Positions 8,740 through 17,567 of a DNA stretch of 32,000 nt are shown piece after piece (the first letter of the stretch is position 1; each line of letters begins with the position of its first letter). The translations under genes and the position numbers were made by a program. This DNA is from an uncultured Exiguobacterium sp. (GTDB lineage: Bacteria; Bacillota; Bacilli; Exiguobacteriales; Exiguobacteriaceae): the NCBI RefSeq assembly GCF_913775715.1, contig NZ_CAJYMC010000001.1. The stretch is one strand, 5' to 3'. The notes beneath the pieces were generated by a model. It did not search any database. It saw nothing but the letters and a program-made list of their open reading frames with translations, and was not told the origin of the DNA.

Positions 8740-8768
8740 ATACTATAGGATAATATACCCGATTGCAA
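8740..8768 (-). promoter_or_regulatory. Candidate sigma-A promoter for TerC paralogue 1
   Basis: The minus strand reads TTGCAA-(17)-TAGTAT, or alternatively TATAGT at 15-nt spacing. This leaves a 5' UTR of about 85 nt. Confidence 0.4.
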
Positions 8769-8968
8769 GTAAGTTATTCCTTCAGATATGGAATGTGTCG
8801 ATTTTAAGTCGTGCGAGTTTCGTTTATCGAAAGTTCGTGATAAAATTCAAGACAATACTTCTAGTGATGAAACGATGAAACACATTTGCGGAATCATCAG
8901 ACTTGCTCGTCTCTAGCATTCCTGTCATGTTATTACTATTGAAACACTACAAAAGGACAAAGGGGCCA

Positions 8969-9880
8969 ATGAATATGTCTACCTACCCGATTACGTTACC
9001 AACGAAAGAAGAGCGCCATAAGCTGTTCGGTTCGGTACCACCAATCAAAGGAACAAAACCGACTGAAAAAGATAAGATGGTCGACTTGCAAAATACACCG
9101 AAGAACTTCCTGTTCGCACTTGATGCTGTCGGAATCTCAAACGTCAAACATCCTGTCGTCATTCAAGACGGGGACAACACACAAGCAACAGTCGCGACGT
9201 TCGAGCTGTCGACGTCACTCGTACAAGACCGTAAAGGGATCAACATGAGCCGTCTCACGGAACAGCTTGATCAATACCACAACGAAGGTTGGACGGTCAC
9301 GAACGAGTCACTCATTCAATTTGCGCGTGATTTAGCAGATCGCATGGAACAAACGGAAGGTCAATTGACGATCCGTTACCCATGGTTCTTTACACGTAAA
9401 GCACCTGCAACGGGACTTAGTGGTTTGATGAATGCTGAAGTGTGGCAAACAGTCAGTGTCAACACGGAAACAAACGAAGCGACATTGTCTGTCGGCTTGA
9501 CGATTAACGTCACAACACTTTGCCCATGTTCAAAAGAAATCAGCGAATACAGTGCCCACAACCAACGTGGCTACGTCACGATGGAAGCATCGTTACGTGA
9601 TGAAGCAGAAGACTTTGACTGGAAACAATCATTGCTTGATGCTGCGGAATCCAATGCCTCAGCGCCACTTCACCCGGTACTCAAACGTCCGGATGAAAAA
9701 CGCGTGACAGAGATGGCATATGAAAATCCACGTTTCGTAGAAGATATGGTCCGCTTGATTGCTGCTGATCTGTACGAAATGGATCCAATCGCTTCGTTCT
9801 ACGTCGAATGCCGTAACGAAGAAACGATTCACCAACATGATGCGATCGCACGCATCACGTTCGATAAAGACGCACAATAA
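8969..9880 (+). CDS. folE2: GTP cyclohydrolase I type 2 (FolE2 / GCYH-IB)
   Basis: The sequence (KLFGSVPPIKG..., DAVGISNVKHPV, RKGINMSRL, TTLCPCSKEIS..AHNQR) matches the FolE2/YciA family. The track start 8903 is rejected. The start is ATG 8969 or ATG 8975, both with a nearby AAGGA/AAGGGG SD. Confidence 0.9.
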   Translation: MNMSTYPITLPTKEERHKLFGSVPPIKGTKPTEKDKMVDLQNTPKNFLFALDAVGISNVKHPVVIQDGDNTQATVATFELSTSLVQDRKGINMSRLTEQLDQYHNEGWTVTNESLIQFARDLADRMEQTEGQLTIRYPWFFTRKAPATGLSGLMNAEVWQTVSVNTETNEATLSVGLTINVTTLCPCSKEISEYSAHNQRGYVTMEASLRDEAEDFDWKQSLLDAAESNASAPLHPVLKRPDEKRVTEMAYENPRFVEDMVRLIAADLYEMDPIASFYVECRNEETIHQHDAIARITFDKDAQ

Positions 9881-9889
9881 GCAGGCTTG

Positions 9890-9927
9890 CCGTACGTCCT
9901 CTTCACTAGAGGGCGTGCGGTTTTTTT
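9890..9927 (+). terminator. Rho-independent terminator after folE2
   Basis: CCGTACGTCCTCT-TCACT-AGAGGGCGTGCGG form a 13-bp stem with two G-U pairs, followed by TTTTTTT. Confidence 0.85.
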
Positions 9928-9989
9928 ATGTACCGGCATTGCTCTCCGTTTTGCGAGCGTTTACACTTAACTCGAATGGAGGAATGCAC

Positions 9990-11756
9990 ATGTTGGAACT
10001 GATTCCTTTTTTACTCGAGCGACTCGGTATCATGATCATCTTGGCGTTCATCCTCGCCCAGTGGGGACCGACACGCCGGCTGTTGCGTCAACCGGAAGCA
10101 GGCTGGCAATTCCGTGTCCTCGTCTTATTTTTTGCGACGTATGGTATCTTAAGTAACTATACAGGGGTCAAAGTCGACTTAGCAGAATTCTTGCCCCATG
10201 CTTGGCTCGAAGAAGTCGACGGGACATCGGCGATCGCGAATACGCGAACGATGATCGTCGTTATCAGTGGATTACTCGCTGGTCCACTCGGTGGATTGAT
10301 GACCGGACTGATCGTCGGGATTCATCGGTACTCCCTCGGCGGATTCACAGCGTTCGCTTGCGCGCTTTCGACTGTCATCGCCGGCGGTGTCAGCGGCCTC
10401 TTACGCTCCTATTGGCGCGACCGTCTCAGTAGCCAAGCGTTATTGCCCGTGTGTCTGACTGCTTTTTTAATGCTGTTTGAAATGTCACTGATTTTACTGT
10501 TTTCCCGTCCCTTTGATGCGGCCGTTGAACTTGTTCAATTCATCTTCTTACCGATGACACTGATTAACGTTCTAGGTGTCTGGTTGTTCTTATCGATCAT
10601 CCGTCTTGTTGCGCGAGAAGAGGAAACGGTTCGGGCACGAGAAGCCGAACGGTCGTTGCATATCGCTGATTTAACGCTTCCGTATCTGACGCGTGGTCTA
10701 CATATCCATACGGCAGAAGCCGTCGCGGAAATTCTGTTACAACAAACGCGAGCCGAAGCCGTCTCGTTGACGGATCAATCCGTCATCCTCGCCCATATCG
10801 GTATCGGGAGCGACCACCATCAAGCTGGGAGTCACTGGACGACGAAACCGACCGAACACGTCTTGCAGGACGGGCAAGTCCGTCTTGTGACGGAGCGACT
10901 CGATATCGGCTGTCCTGTACCAGATTGTCCGCTCCAAGCCGGCATCATCGCTCCGCTCATCGTCGGGGAAACGACGATCGGGACGTTAAAAGTCTATTAC
11001 CCTCATGCCGAATTGCTCGACGCTGTCGAAGTCGAACTCATTGAAGGATTAGCGAAATTGTTTTCGACACAACTGGCACTCGGGAACGCAGAGCGGCAAG
11101 CTGGTTTACTGAAGGATGCCGAAATCCGGGCACTCGAAGCACAAATCCATCCCCACTTTCTGTTTAATGCGATCAATACGATTTATGCGCTGTGCCGAAC
11201 GGATGTCGAACAAGCACGGACGTTGTTACTTGAATTGTCGACGTTCTTCCGCAGTAACCTCCAAGGCGCGCGCTCAACGAAAATTCCGCTCCAAAAGGAA
11301 CTTGAGCATATCGAGGCGTATACGTCCCTTGAAGCTGCTCGTTTTCCGAATCGACCGTTTCTTGATATCGATTTAGCGGACGAGACAACGTCCTTACTCG
11401 TTCCACCGTTCATCTTACAACCGTTGATCGAAAATGCGTTCCTTCATGCGTTTTCTTCTGAACAGACGGGATATGTCGGGGTGACGGCATGGTGTGAGGC
11501 AGGTCAGCTGTGTCTCGAAGTCGTCGACAACGGACGCGGGATTGACGCCTCGCGTCTTGCCCGTCTCGGTCGAGAAGTCGTTCCGTCCTCAGGCACCGGT
11601 ACCGCATTATTCAATACGGCAGAACGGATTCGAAGTTTATATGGTGAAAAGGGACAATTTACGATCACGAGTGACGGTCAAAACGGCACGACGATCGCGA
11701 TTCGTCTCCCGATTGAAGTCAGAAAGGAGATCCAGCATGCGCACCTTGTTGATTGA
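9990..11756 (+). CDS. Sensor histidine kinase, LytS/BtsS type (5TM-LYT + GAF + His_kinase + HATPase)
   Basis: N-terminal multi-TM LytS-type domain, a GAF-like middle region, the HPHFLFNAINTI H-box and a C-terminal ATPase (DNGRGI, GTGTAL). GGAGG lies 7 nt before ATG 9990. The track start 9759 lies inside folE2 and spans its terminator. Confidence 0.9.
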   Translation: MLELIPFLLERLGIMIILAFILAQWGPTRRLLRQPEAGWQFRVLVLFFATYGILSNYTGVKVDLAEFLPHAWLEEVDGTSAIANTRTMIVVISGLLAGPLGGLMTGLIVGIHRYSLGGFTAFACALSTVIAGGVSGLLRSYWRDRLSSQALLPVCLTAFLMLFEMSLILLFSRPFDAAVELVQFIFLPMTLINVLGVWLFLSIIRLVAREEETVRAREAERSLHIADLTLPYLTRGLHIHTAEAVAEILLQQTRAEAVSLTDQSVILAHIGIGSDHHQAGSHWTTKPTEHVLQDGQVRLVTERLDIGCPVPDCPLQAGIIAPLIVGETTIGTLKVYYPHAELLDAVEVELIEGLAKLFSTQLALGNAERQAGLLKDAEIRALEAQIHPHFLFNAINTIYALCRTDVEQARTLLLELSTFFRSNLQGARSTKIPLQKELEHIEAYTSLEAARFPNRPFLDIDLADETTSLLVPPFILQPLIENAFLHAFSSEQTGYVGVTAWCEAGQLCLEVVDNGRGIDASRLARLGREVVPSSGTGTALFNTAERIRSLYGEKGQFTITSDGQNGTTIAIRLPIEVRKEIQHAHLVD

Positions 11757-12432
11757 AGATGAACCGCTCGCACGTGACGAGCTCCGATATCACGTGACCG
11801 CAGCCGGTCTTGAAGTCGTCGGGGAAACCGGCAGTGTCGAGGAAGCCGAACGACTCGTTCGCTCCCTTCAACCCGACTTAGTCTTTCTCGACATCGAGCT
11901 GACGGACGGAAGTGGTCTTGAAGTCGCCAAACGCTTGAAATCGATGCCACGTCCTCCGGCTCTTTTGTTTGTGACGGCATATGATGCTCATGCGCTTGAA
12001 GCGTTTGAGCTCAATGCTTATGACTACATCTTGAAACCGTATGATCCGGCACGGATTGTCCGTGCGATTGAAAAAGTCGCGCGACCGCTTCCGAAAAAAG
12101 CACCTCGACTTGAACGTTTAGCCGTCGAGACGGGCGAACAACTGAAGTTATTGTCTCCTCAAGATATCGATTACATCGTTGCTGAGAACGGGAAGACGAA
12201 GATCGTCACGGAACATGAGGCGTATCCATCGAACGAGACATTACTCGAACTCGAACGAAAGCTTCAAGATCATCGCTTTTTACGGGTTCACCGCTCGTAC
12301 CTCGTCAACTTATCAGCAATCGATGCCATCGAACCTTGGTTCAACGGGGCCTACAACTTAAAAATTCATCAGATTAATGTGCCAGTCAGTCGGACGTATG
12401 TCAAACTACTGAAAGAAGCGCTCGGGATTTAA
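11737..12432 (+). CDS. LytR/AlgR-family response regulator (REC + LytTR DNA-binding domain)
   Basis: MRTLLIEDEP...DLVFLDIELTDGSG receiver domain, and a C-terminal LytTR domain (FLRVHRSYLVNL). AAGGAG SD. It overlaps the kinase 3' end by 20 nt. The track start 11494 is inside the kinase gene. Confidence 0.9.
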   Translation: MRTLLIEDEPLARDELRYHVTAAGLEVVGETGSVEEAERLVRSLQPDLVFLDIELTDGSGLEVAKRLKSMPRPPALLFVTAYDAHALEAFELNAYDYILKPYDPARIVRAIEKVARPLPKKAPRLERLAVETGEQLKLLSPQDIDYIVAENGKTKIVTEHEAYPSNETLLELERKLQDHRFLRVHRSYLVNLSAIDAIEPWFNGAYNLKIHQINVPVSRTYVKLLKEALGI

Positions 12433-12446
12433 GCGCTTCTTTTTTG
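12414..12446 (+). terminator. Rho-independent terminator at the 3' end of the response-regulator gene
   Basis: AGAAGCGCT / AGCGCTTCT form a perfect 9-bp stem whose loop contains the stop codon, followed by TTTTTT. Confidence 0.7.
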
Positions 12447-12571
12447 TGATTCAAGGTCCATTTTCAACCTTTCATCGGACAAAACCGACACCTCATCTAA
12501 AAATCAAAGAAAGCGCTTCCATAACTTGTATACTAAACCCATCATAGTTCATTCAAGAGGAGGAATTTTAG

Positions 12572-14365
12572 ATGAGCGCTACTCCAATCGTTATTGCTGT
12601 CATCTGTATCTTATTAATCGCGTATCGTCTCTACGGTACGTTCATGGCCGCGAAAGTCTTAAAAATCAAAGATGATCGCGAAACGCCTGCTCATAAACTA
12701 GCGGACGGAAAGGATTACGTCCCAACGAACAAATGGGTCTCGTTCGGACACCACTTCGCAGCGATCGCTGCTGCCGGTCCACTTGTCGGACCTGTCCTTG
12801 CTGCGCAGTTCGGATACCTTCCTGGCTTACTGTGGCTCTTGATCGGTGCTGTCATCGGTGGAGCGGTCCATGATATGGTTGTTCTTTTTGCCTCGATGCG
12901 CCAAGACGGTCAATCGCTGTCTGAAGTCGCTAAAAAAGAATTAGGTCCCGTCGCTGGTTTTTGTGCCGGTCTTGCAATGCTCTTCATCATCACGATCACG
13001 ATGGCTGGTCTATCGATGGTCGTCCTGCACGCCCTTGAACATAACCCATGGGGTACATTCGCTGTCTTCTCGACGATTCCGATTGCGATGCTCGTTGGGA
13101 TTTACTTACGCAAAGGTGGTAATCTAGCACTTGCTTCAACGGTTGGTTTCTTACTGATTCTAGCGGCAATTGGTTTTGGTCCCCAGTTGACGGAAACATT
13201 CATCGGTGATTGGTTCGATCTTTCGTCACGTCAACTCGCGATCGCCCTACCGATCTATGCCTTCTTCGCTGCTGCTTTGCCTGTTTGGCTCTTACTCGCA
13301 CCACGTGACTATTTATCCAGTTTCATGAAGATCGGTGTTTTCCTTGCGTTGATCGTTGGTGTCTTCATCATCAATCCGGATATTCGTTTCCCGGCGTTCA
13401 CGAAGTTTGTTGATGGCGGCGGTCCAATCATCGCTGGTCCAGTCTGGCCGTTCATCTCAATTACGATTGCCTGTGGTGCGATTTCTGGTTTCCACGCTTT
13501 CGTTGGTTCTGGTACGACGCCAAAAATGATCAATCGCTGGAGCGACATCAAACCGGTCGCTTTCGGTGCCATGCTTGTCGAATGTCTCGTTGCCGTCATG
13601 GCATTGATCGCAGCGACATCTCTAGAAGTCGGTGACTACTTCGCCATTAACTCAACTCCTGAAGTATTCGCGACGCTCGGTATGAGCACGGTTTATCTCG
13701 ATGAGCTCTCACGTGAAATCGGTCTTGATCTGGCAGGTCGAACAGGTGGTGCTGTCTCACTCGCCGTCGGTATGACGTTCATCTTCCGCGCCATCCCATG
13801 GTTCAAAGAGATTGCCGGCTTCTTCTTCCAATTCGTCATTTTGTTCGAAGCGGTCTTCATTCTGACAGCAATCGATGCAGGAACACGCGTTGCTCGTTAC
13901 TTGATTCAAGACTTCTTCGGAGAGTTCTATAAACCGCTCAAACGCGTCGACTGGATTCCAGGTGCTATCTTCGCTTCAGCACTCGGAACGTTCTTCTGGG
14001 GCTATCTCCTGTTCTCGGGTGACATCGGTTCGATTTGGGCATTATTCGGGGTATCCAACCAGCTAATGGCTTCAATCGGCTTGATCATCGGAACGACGAT
14101 CATCTTGAAAATCGCTGATAAAAAAGTCTATGCGTTGACGACGTTCATCCCGCTCGTCTACCTTCTGATCACGGTAACGTTCGCGGATATCTGGATGGTC
14201 GCAAACGTCTATGCGAATCCGGATTCTCCAGGTTTCAGCATCTTGAATACAGTCTTGTCCGTCACGATGGGTCTGCTTGCGATCGTCATCACGATCTCAG
14301 CCGTCAAGAAATGGATTGAACTATTGAATTCACCGCGTTGGGAAAATCAAAAACGATCTGCGTAA
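12572..14365 (+). CDS. cstA: Carbon starvation protein A family transporter (CstA/BtsT-type, probable pyruvate/peptide symporter)
   Basis: 597 aa, polytopic. The N-terminal YRLYGTFMAAKVL...D...TPAH...DG.DYVPTNKWV.FGHHFAAIAAAGPLVGP is diagnostic of CstA. GAGGAGG SD. Confidence 0.9.
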   Translation: MSATPIVIAVICILLIAYRLYGTFMAAKVLKIKDDRETPAHKLADGKDYVPTNKWVSFGHHFAAIAAAGPLVGPVLAAQFGYLPGLLWLLIGAVIGGAVHDMVVLFASMRQDGQSLSEVAKKELGPVAGFCAGLAMLFIITITMAGLSMVVLHALEHNPWGTFAVFSTIPIAMLVGIYLRKGGNLALASTVGFLLILAAIGFGPQLTETFIGDWFDLSSRQLAIALPIYAFFAAALPVWLLLAPRDYLSSFMKIGVFLALIVGVFIINPDIRFPAFTKFVDGGGPIIAGPVWPFISITIACGAISGFHAFVGSGTTPKMINRWSDIKPVAFGAMLVECLVAVMALIAATSLEVGDYFAINSTPEVFATLGMSTVYLDELSREIGLDLAGRTGGAVSLAVGMTFIFRAIPWFKEIAGFFFQFVILFEAVFILTAIDAGTRVARYLIQDFFGEFYKPLKRVDWIPGAIFASALGTFFWGYLLFSGDIGSIWALFGVSNQLMASIGLIIGTTIILKIADKKVYALTTFIPLVYLLITVTFADIWMVANVYANPDSPGFSILNTVLSVTMGLLAIVITISAVKKWIELLNSPRWENQKRSA

Positions 14366-14383
14366 GCGGATTGGTCATATGTT

Positions 14384-14415
14384 AAAAGGCAGTGGACGCA
14401 TCCACTGCCTTTTTC
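14384..14415. terminator. Bidirectional terminator between convergent cstA and the ECF operon
   Basis: AGGCAGTGGA-CGCA-TCCACTGCCT form a perfect 10-bp stem, flanked by AAAA and TTTTT. Confidence 0.85.
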
Positions 14416-14426
14416 GTATCTTATGC

Positions 14427-15251
14427 TTAAAACGGATTATAAAAGCGATTACCATCATAGAAAGTGACGACGAATGAGAAAATCGTCAATAGCACTATAC
14501 AACTGATTGCGACATAATCAATCTGGTTCATCGTTTTTTGGTTGTACCACGTCCGTTTTCGTCCGGCACCGAATCCACGGAGGTCCATCGCGTTACTGAC
14601 TGTCTCAATCCGCTCGAGACTCGTAAATAGCAATGGAAGTAAAATCTGGATACTATTGCGCGCCCGTTGCCAAAGCGAACCGTGTGAGACGGCAATCCCC
14701 CGCGCTTCTTGGGCATTCGCGATCGTCCGGAAGTCCGCTTGTACGTCCGGAATATAACGGAGCGCTAAGGAGACCGCAAAAGCGATTTTATATGGAACAC
14801 CAATCCGGTTCAACGAAGAAGCGAACTCCGTCGGATGGGTCGTGACGAGAAACAACACAGCAATCGGAACGATCACACTGTATTTTAAGATGAGATTAAA
14901 CAGATAAAATAACTGTTCTGCGGTCACCGTGAATCGTCCGATGCCTTCGAGTAAGACGTGACGCGACCCATAGATTTCAACGCCCTGCTCTGGTTCGAAC
15001 AGATAAACAGCGAGCGCATTAATCAGGACGAATAGCGCTGTAAAGATCAAGACGAACCGGACTTCCCGAAACCGAATACGCGACAATCGGAATAACACGA
15101 TACTGACTAACCCCATGACAAGTAAGACCCGTGTATCATAGGTGAACATCGTTGCTGTCGTAAATAACAAGAATCCGATCAGTTTCGTCGTTCCTGTCAA
15201 GCGATGAATTGGTGACGTTTTTTCAATATAGCCAAGCATTTCTACAGCCAT
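14427..15251 (-). CDS. ECF transporter transmembrane (T) component (EcfT/CbiQ family)
   Basis: 274 aa with multiple TM segments and the conserved ARG-type coupling helices (NAQEARG, LRGFG). AAGGAG SD. It overlaps the ATPase stop by 10 nt. Confidence 0.85.
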   Translation of the reverse strand: MAVEMLGYIEKTSPIHRLTGTTKLIGFLLFTTATMFTYDTRVLLVMGLVSIVLFRLSRIRFREVRFVLIFTALFVLINALAVYLFEPEQGVEIYGSRHVLLEGIGRFTVTAEQLFYLFNLILKYSVIVPIAVLFLVTTHPTEFASSLNRIGVPYKIAFAVSLALRYIPDVQADFRTIANAQEARGIAVSHGSLWQRARNSIQILLPLLFTSLERIETVSNAMDLRGFGAGRKRTWYNQKTMNQIDYVAISCIVLLTIFSFVVTFYDGNRFYNPF

Positions 15252-16945
15252 TGTTCCCGCTCCTTTCGCTCCGCCGTAATTATGGACTCGACAAATCGTT
15301 CCGGGTCGACTTCAAGGTGCTCCGCTATCGTAAAGAGCGATGTTTGTTTTAAATGGGCATGATGCAGCAATTGTTCTTGATTCAGCAGTCCAAATGATGT
15401 TCCGGCGTAACGGATGCGCCCGGCTTGCACGAGGCAGACTTGATCGCTGTATTCTAAGACGAGGTGCATGTCATGCGTGATAATGAGTAACGTCATCCCG
15501 TCTTCTTTTAATCCTTCTAAAAAATCCATCATATCTGAATAGTGCCGATAATCTTGACCGGCTGTTGGTTCATCGAGAATCAAGATATCCGGTCGTCGAA
15601 CGAGAATCGAAGCAATCGTCACTCGTTTCTTCTGACCAAAACTCAGTGCTTGAATCGGCCAATTACGAAACGGATATAATCCGCAACGACGTAATGTCTG
15701 CTCGAGACGCTCATTTTCTTCCGCCTCACTTAATCTGAGCGCCTGCATCCCGTAGCGGATTTCTTCTTGCACAAGGTGTTTTGAAATCATATGATTTGGA
15801 TTTTGCAGGACGAATCCGATCGTTCCTGCTCGCTCTGCGATTGATTGGTTCGTGATATCGGTTCCGTCAAGTAGGATCTGACCACCTGTCGTCCGTTGAT
15901 AACCACTCAATACTTTCGCAAGGGTGGATTTCCCGGCACCATTCTGACCGACGATCGTCGTCAGTGTTCCTTTTTGAAAAGTCGCCGTAACATTCTCAAG
16001 CACCGGTGTTCCTTGACGATAATGAAACGCCAACTGTTCAAGTTCAAGCAACGCAGTAGCGGTTGCAGTCTCTTTTTGAGGCGTTTCCTCTAAACGCTCT
16101 AACACGTCCGTCTGATTGAACTGTTTTAAAAAGGGATCGACGCGGCTCGGCTGGTCCACAGATTCAACAGTCATACCAGCCCAGCGTGCGGCACTGACAT
16201 AGAGGGGTTCACGCAAGATCGCTTGTTGAAGTACGCCATTACTTAAAATGACATCCGGATGGTCATCGGCAATGATTTCCCCGTCGACCATGACGATGAT
16301 GCGGTCAAACGGAATGACGAGTACATCCTCGATTCGATGTTCGACGACGATCAACGTGCGATTCGTCTCACGTTGCAATCGATCCATAAGCGCCATCGCC
16401 TCTTGACCCGCTACCGGATCAAGATTTGCGAGCGGTTCATCAAATAACAAGATGTCCGCATCTTCGACGAGTACTCCAGCTAAAGCCGCCCGTTGCCGTT
16501 GTCCTCCTGATAGATCATTCAATCGCGCATGTAAGAGTGTCTCGACGTCCGTCATCCGTGCGACGCGTTCGACGATCTCCTGCATTTCCGGTCGCTCGGT
16601 CTGTTTATTTTCAAGCGCAAAGGCGATGTCTTCGCCAACCGATAAACCGACGAACTGTGCATCTGGATCCTGTAACACCGTGCCAATATGCAACGAGCGA
16701 TCAAATAACGATAATTCTCGAGCGTCCTGCCCTTTGATCAGAACCTGTCCTTCCCACGTCCCCGGATACGAGAACGGAATCAACCCATTGATGCACTGAG
16801 CGAGCGTACTTTTCCCCGAACCCGACGGTCCAACGATTAAGATGCGTTCGCCTTCTTGAATCGTTAACTGAATTTGTCGGAGTGTCGGTTCCGACTGACT
16901 CCGATATGTAAATGAAAAGTCCTGAAATTCAATCGCGTTTGTCAT
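15242..16945 (-). CDS. ECF transporter duplicated ATPase (fused EcfA-EcfA')
   Basis: Two ABC cassettes with Walker A GPSGSGKST and GQNGAGKST, and signatures LSGGQRQR and LSFGQKKR. The start is re-called to ATG 16945 (MTNAIEF..., GGGGGAG 6 nt upstream). The track's 22 extra residues are a translated hairpin. Confidence 0.9.
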   Translation of the reverse strand: MTNAIEFQDFSFTYRSQSEPTLRQIQLTIQEGERILIVGPSGSGKSTLAQCINGLIPFSYPGTWEGQVLIKGQDARELSLFDRSLHIGTVLQDPDAQFVGLSVGEDIAFALENKQTERPEMQEIVERVARMTDVETLLHARLNDLSGGQRQRAALAGVLVEDADILLFDEPLANLDPVAGQEAMALMDRLQRETNRTLIVVEHRIEDVLVIPFDRIIVMVDGEIIADDHPDVILSNGVLQQAILREPLYVSAARWAGMTVESVDQPSRVDPFLKQFNQTDVLERLEETPQKETATATALLELEQLAFHYRQGTPVLENVTATFQKGTLTTIVGQNGAGKSTLAKVLSGYQRTTGGQILLDGTDITNQSIAERAGTIGFVLQNPNHMISKHLVQEEIRYGMQALRLSEAEENERLEQTLRRCGLYPFRNWPIQALSFGQKKRVTIASILVRRPDILILDEPTAGQDYRHYSDMMDFLEGLKEDGMTLLIITHDMHLVLEYSDQVCLVQAGRIRYAGTSFGLLNQEQLLHHAHLKQTSLFTIAEHLEVDPERFVESIITAERKEREQWL

Positions 16946-16965
16946 GTCCTTCTCCCCCCAAGCTA

Positions 16966-17012
16966 AATGAGCTATGATCCTGCCGTCTCTTCGCACAGGA
17001 TCATAGCTCATT
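16966..17012 (-). other. Intercistronic 17-bp perfect stem-loop between the ECF S-component and ATPase genes
   Basis: AATGAGCTATGATCCTG (16966-16982) is the exact reverse complement of CAGGATCATAGCTCATT (16996-17012), with a 13-nt loop and no U-tract. It starts 4 nt after the S-component stop. Confidence 0.8.
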
Positions 17013-17015
17013 CGG

Positions 17016-17567
17016 TCAAACTTCGCGTTTCAAGCTGCCTGCTTTACTTCTTGTTTTGGCATACGTGACGAGCAACAACGTTCCAATGACACCGACTGTC
17101 AAGATGTTCGACGTCGCAGCGACAGCCCCTTGGACGAAGACTTTATTCGCTGGCTCCGAGTAAATTAAGATATCGAGAACCGGTGCGATGATGATCCAAC
17201 CGATCGCTTGCACGATGGCTTGTGTGACGTTAAATAAGATGATTTTACGTGTCGTCAATCCACCTTCTTCTAAACGAATCCGGTTAGCGATTAGTCCGAT
17301 GCCAAACCCGACGAAGCCGGAGACGATAACCCAACTCCACCACGGGGAACCGTATAAAATCGCATCTTTTAATCCATGACCAATCAGACCGATCAAACCG
17401 GCTGTGACAGGTCCGAACAATACTGCCATGAATGCGAGGAATGCGTAGGCAGTCTCGATTGATGTGTTCGGTACGCCTGTCGGAATCGCAGCGAATCGAC
17501 TTAAAATAATGAATACAGCTGCTCCGATCCCGGTTGCGACGATCTGTTTTGTCGTAAATCCTTTCAT
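17016..17567 (-). CDS. ECF transporter substrate-specific (S) component, UPF0397-like, substrate unknown
   Basis: 183 aa with ~5-6 TM segments. The pattern ([13 protein letters not shown]..., [25 protein letters not shown]) is what I recall for UPF0397 / ECF S components encoded beside a duplicated ATPase and a T component. ATGA overlap with the upstream gene. Confidence 0.75.
   Translation of the reverse strand: MKGFTTKQIVATGIGAAVFIILSRFAAIPTGVPNTSIETAYAFLAFMAVLFGPVTAGLIGLIGHGLKDAILYGSPWWSWVIVSGFVGFGIGLIANRIRLEEGGLTTRKIILFNVTQAIVQAIGWIIIAPVLDILIYSEPANKVFVQGAVAATSNILTVGVIGTLLLVTYAKTRSKAGSLKREV

Noticed and set aside
8700-8968. A Zur box upstream of folE2, expected from the B. subtilis yciABC regulon.
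   Set aside because: The best candidates (AACAATAATTACAC at about 8712 and ATGTTATTACTATTG at about 8927) match only about half of the recalled TCGTAAT-N-ATTACGA consensus, which is not convincing.
9759-9989. A 77-codon N-terminal extension of the LytS-type kinase ORF.
   Set aside because: It starts inside folE2 and reads through the folE2 terminator. GGAGG precedes ATG 9990, where the first TM helix starts.
11494-11736. An 81-codon extension of the response-regulator ORF.
   Set aside because: It lies in an alternative frame of the kinase gene. The receiver domain begins at ATG 11737 behind AAGGAG.
16946-17011. A 22-codon extension of the ECF ATPase ORF.
   Set aside because: It is the translation of the 17-bp intercistronic hairpin. 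The SD and the conserved ABC N-terminus start at ATG 16945.
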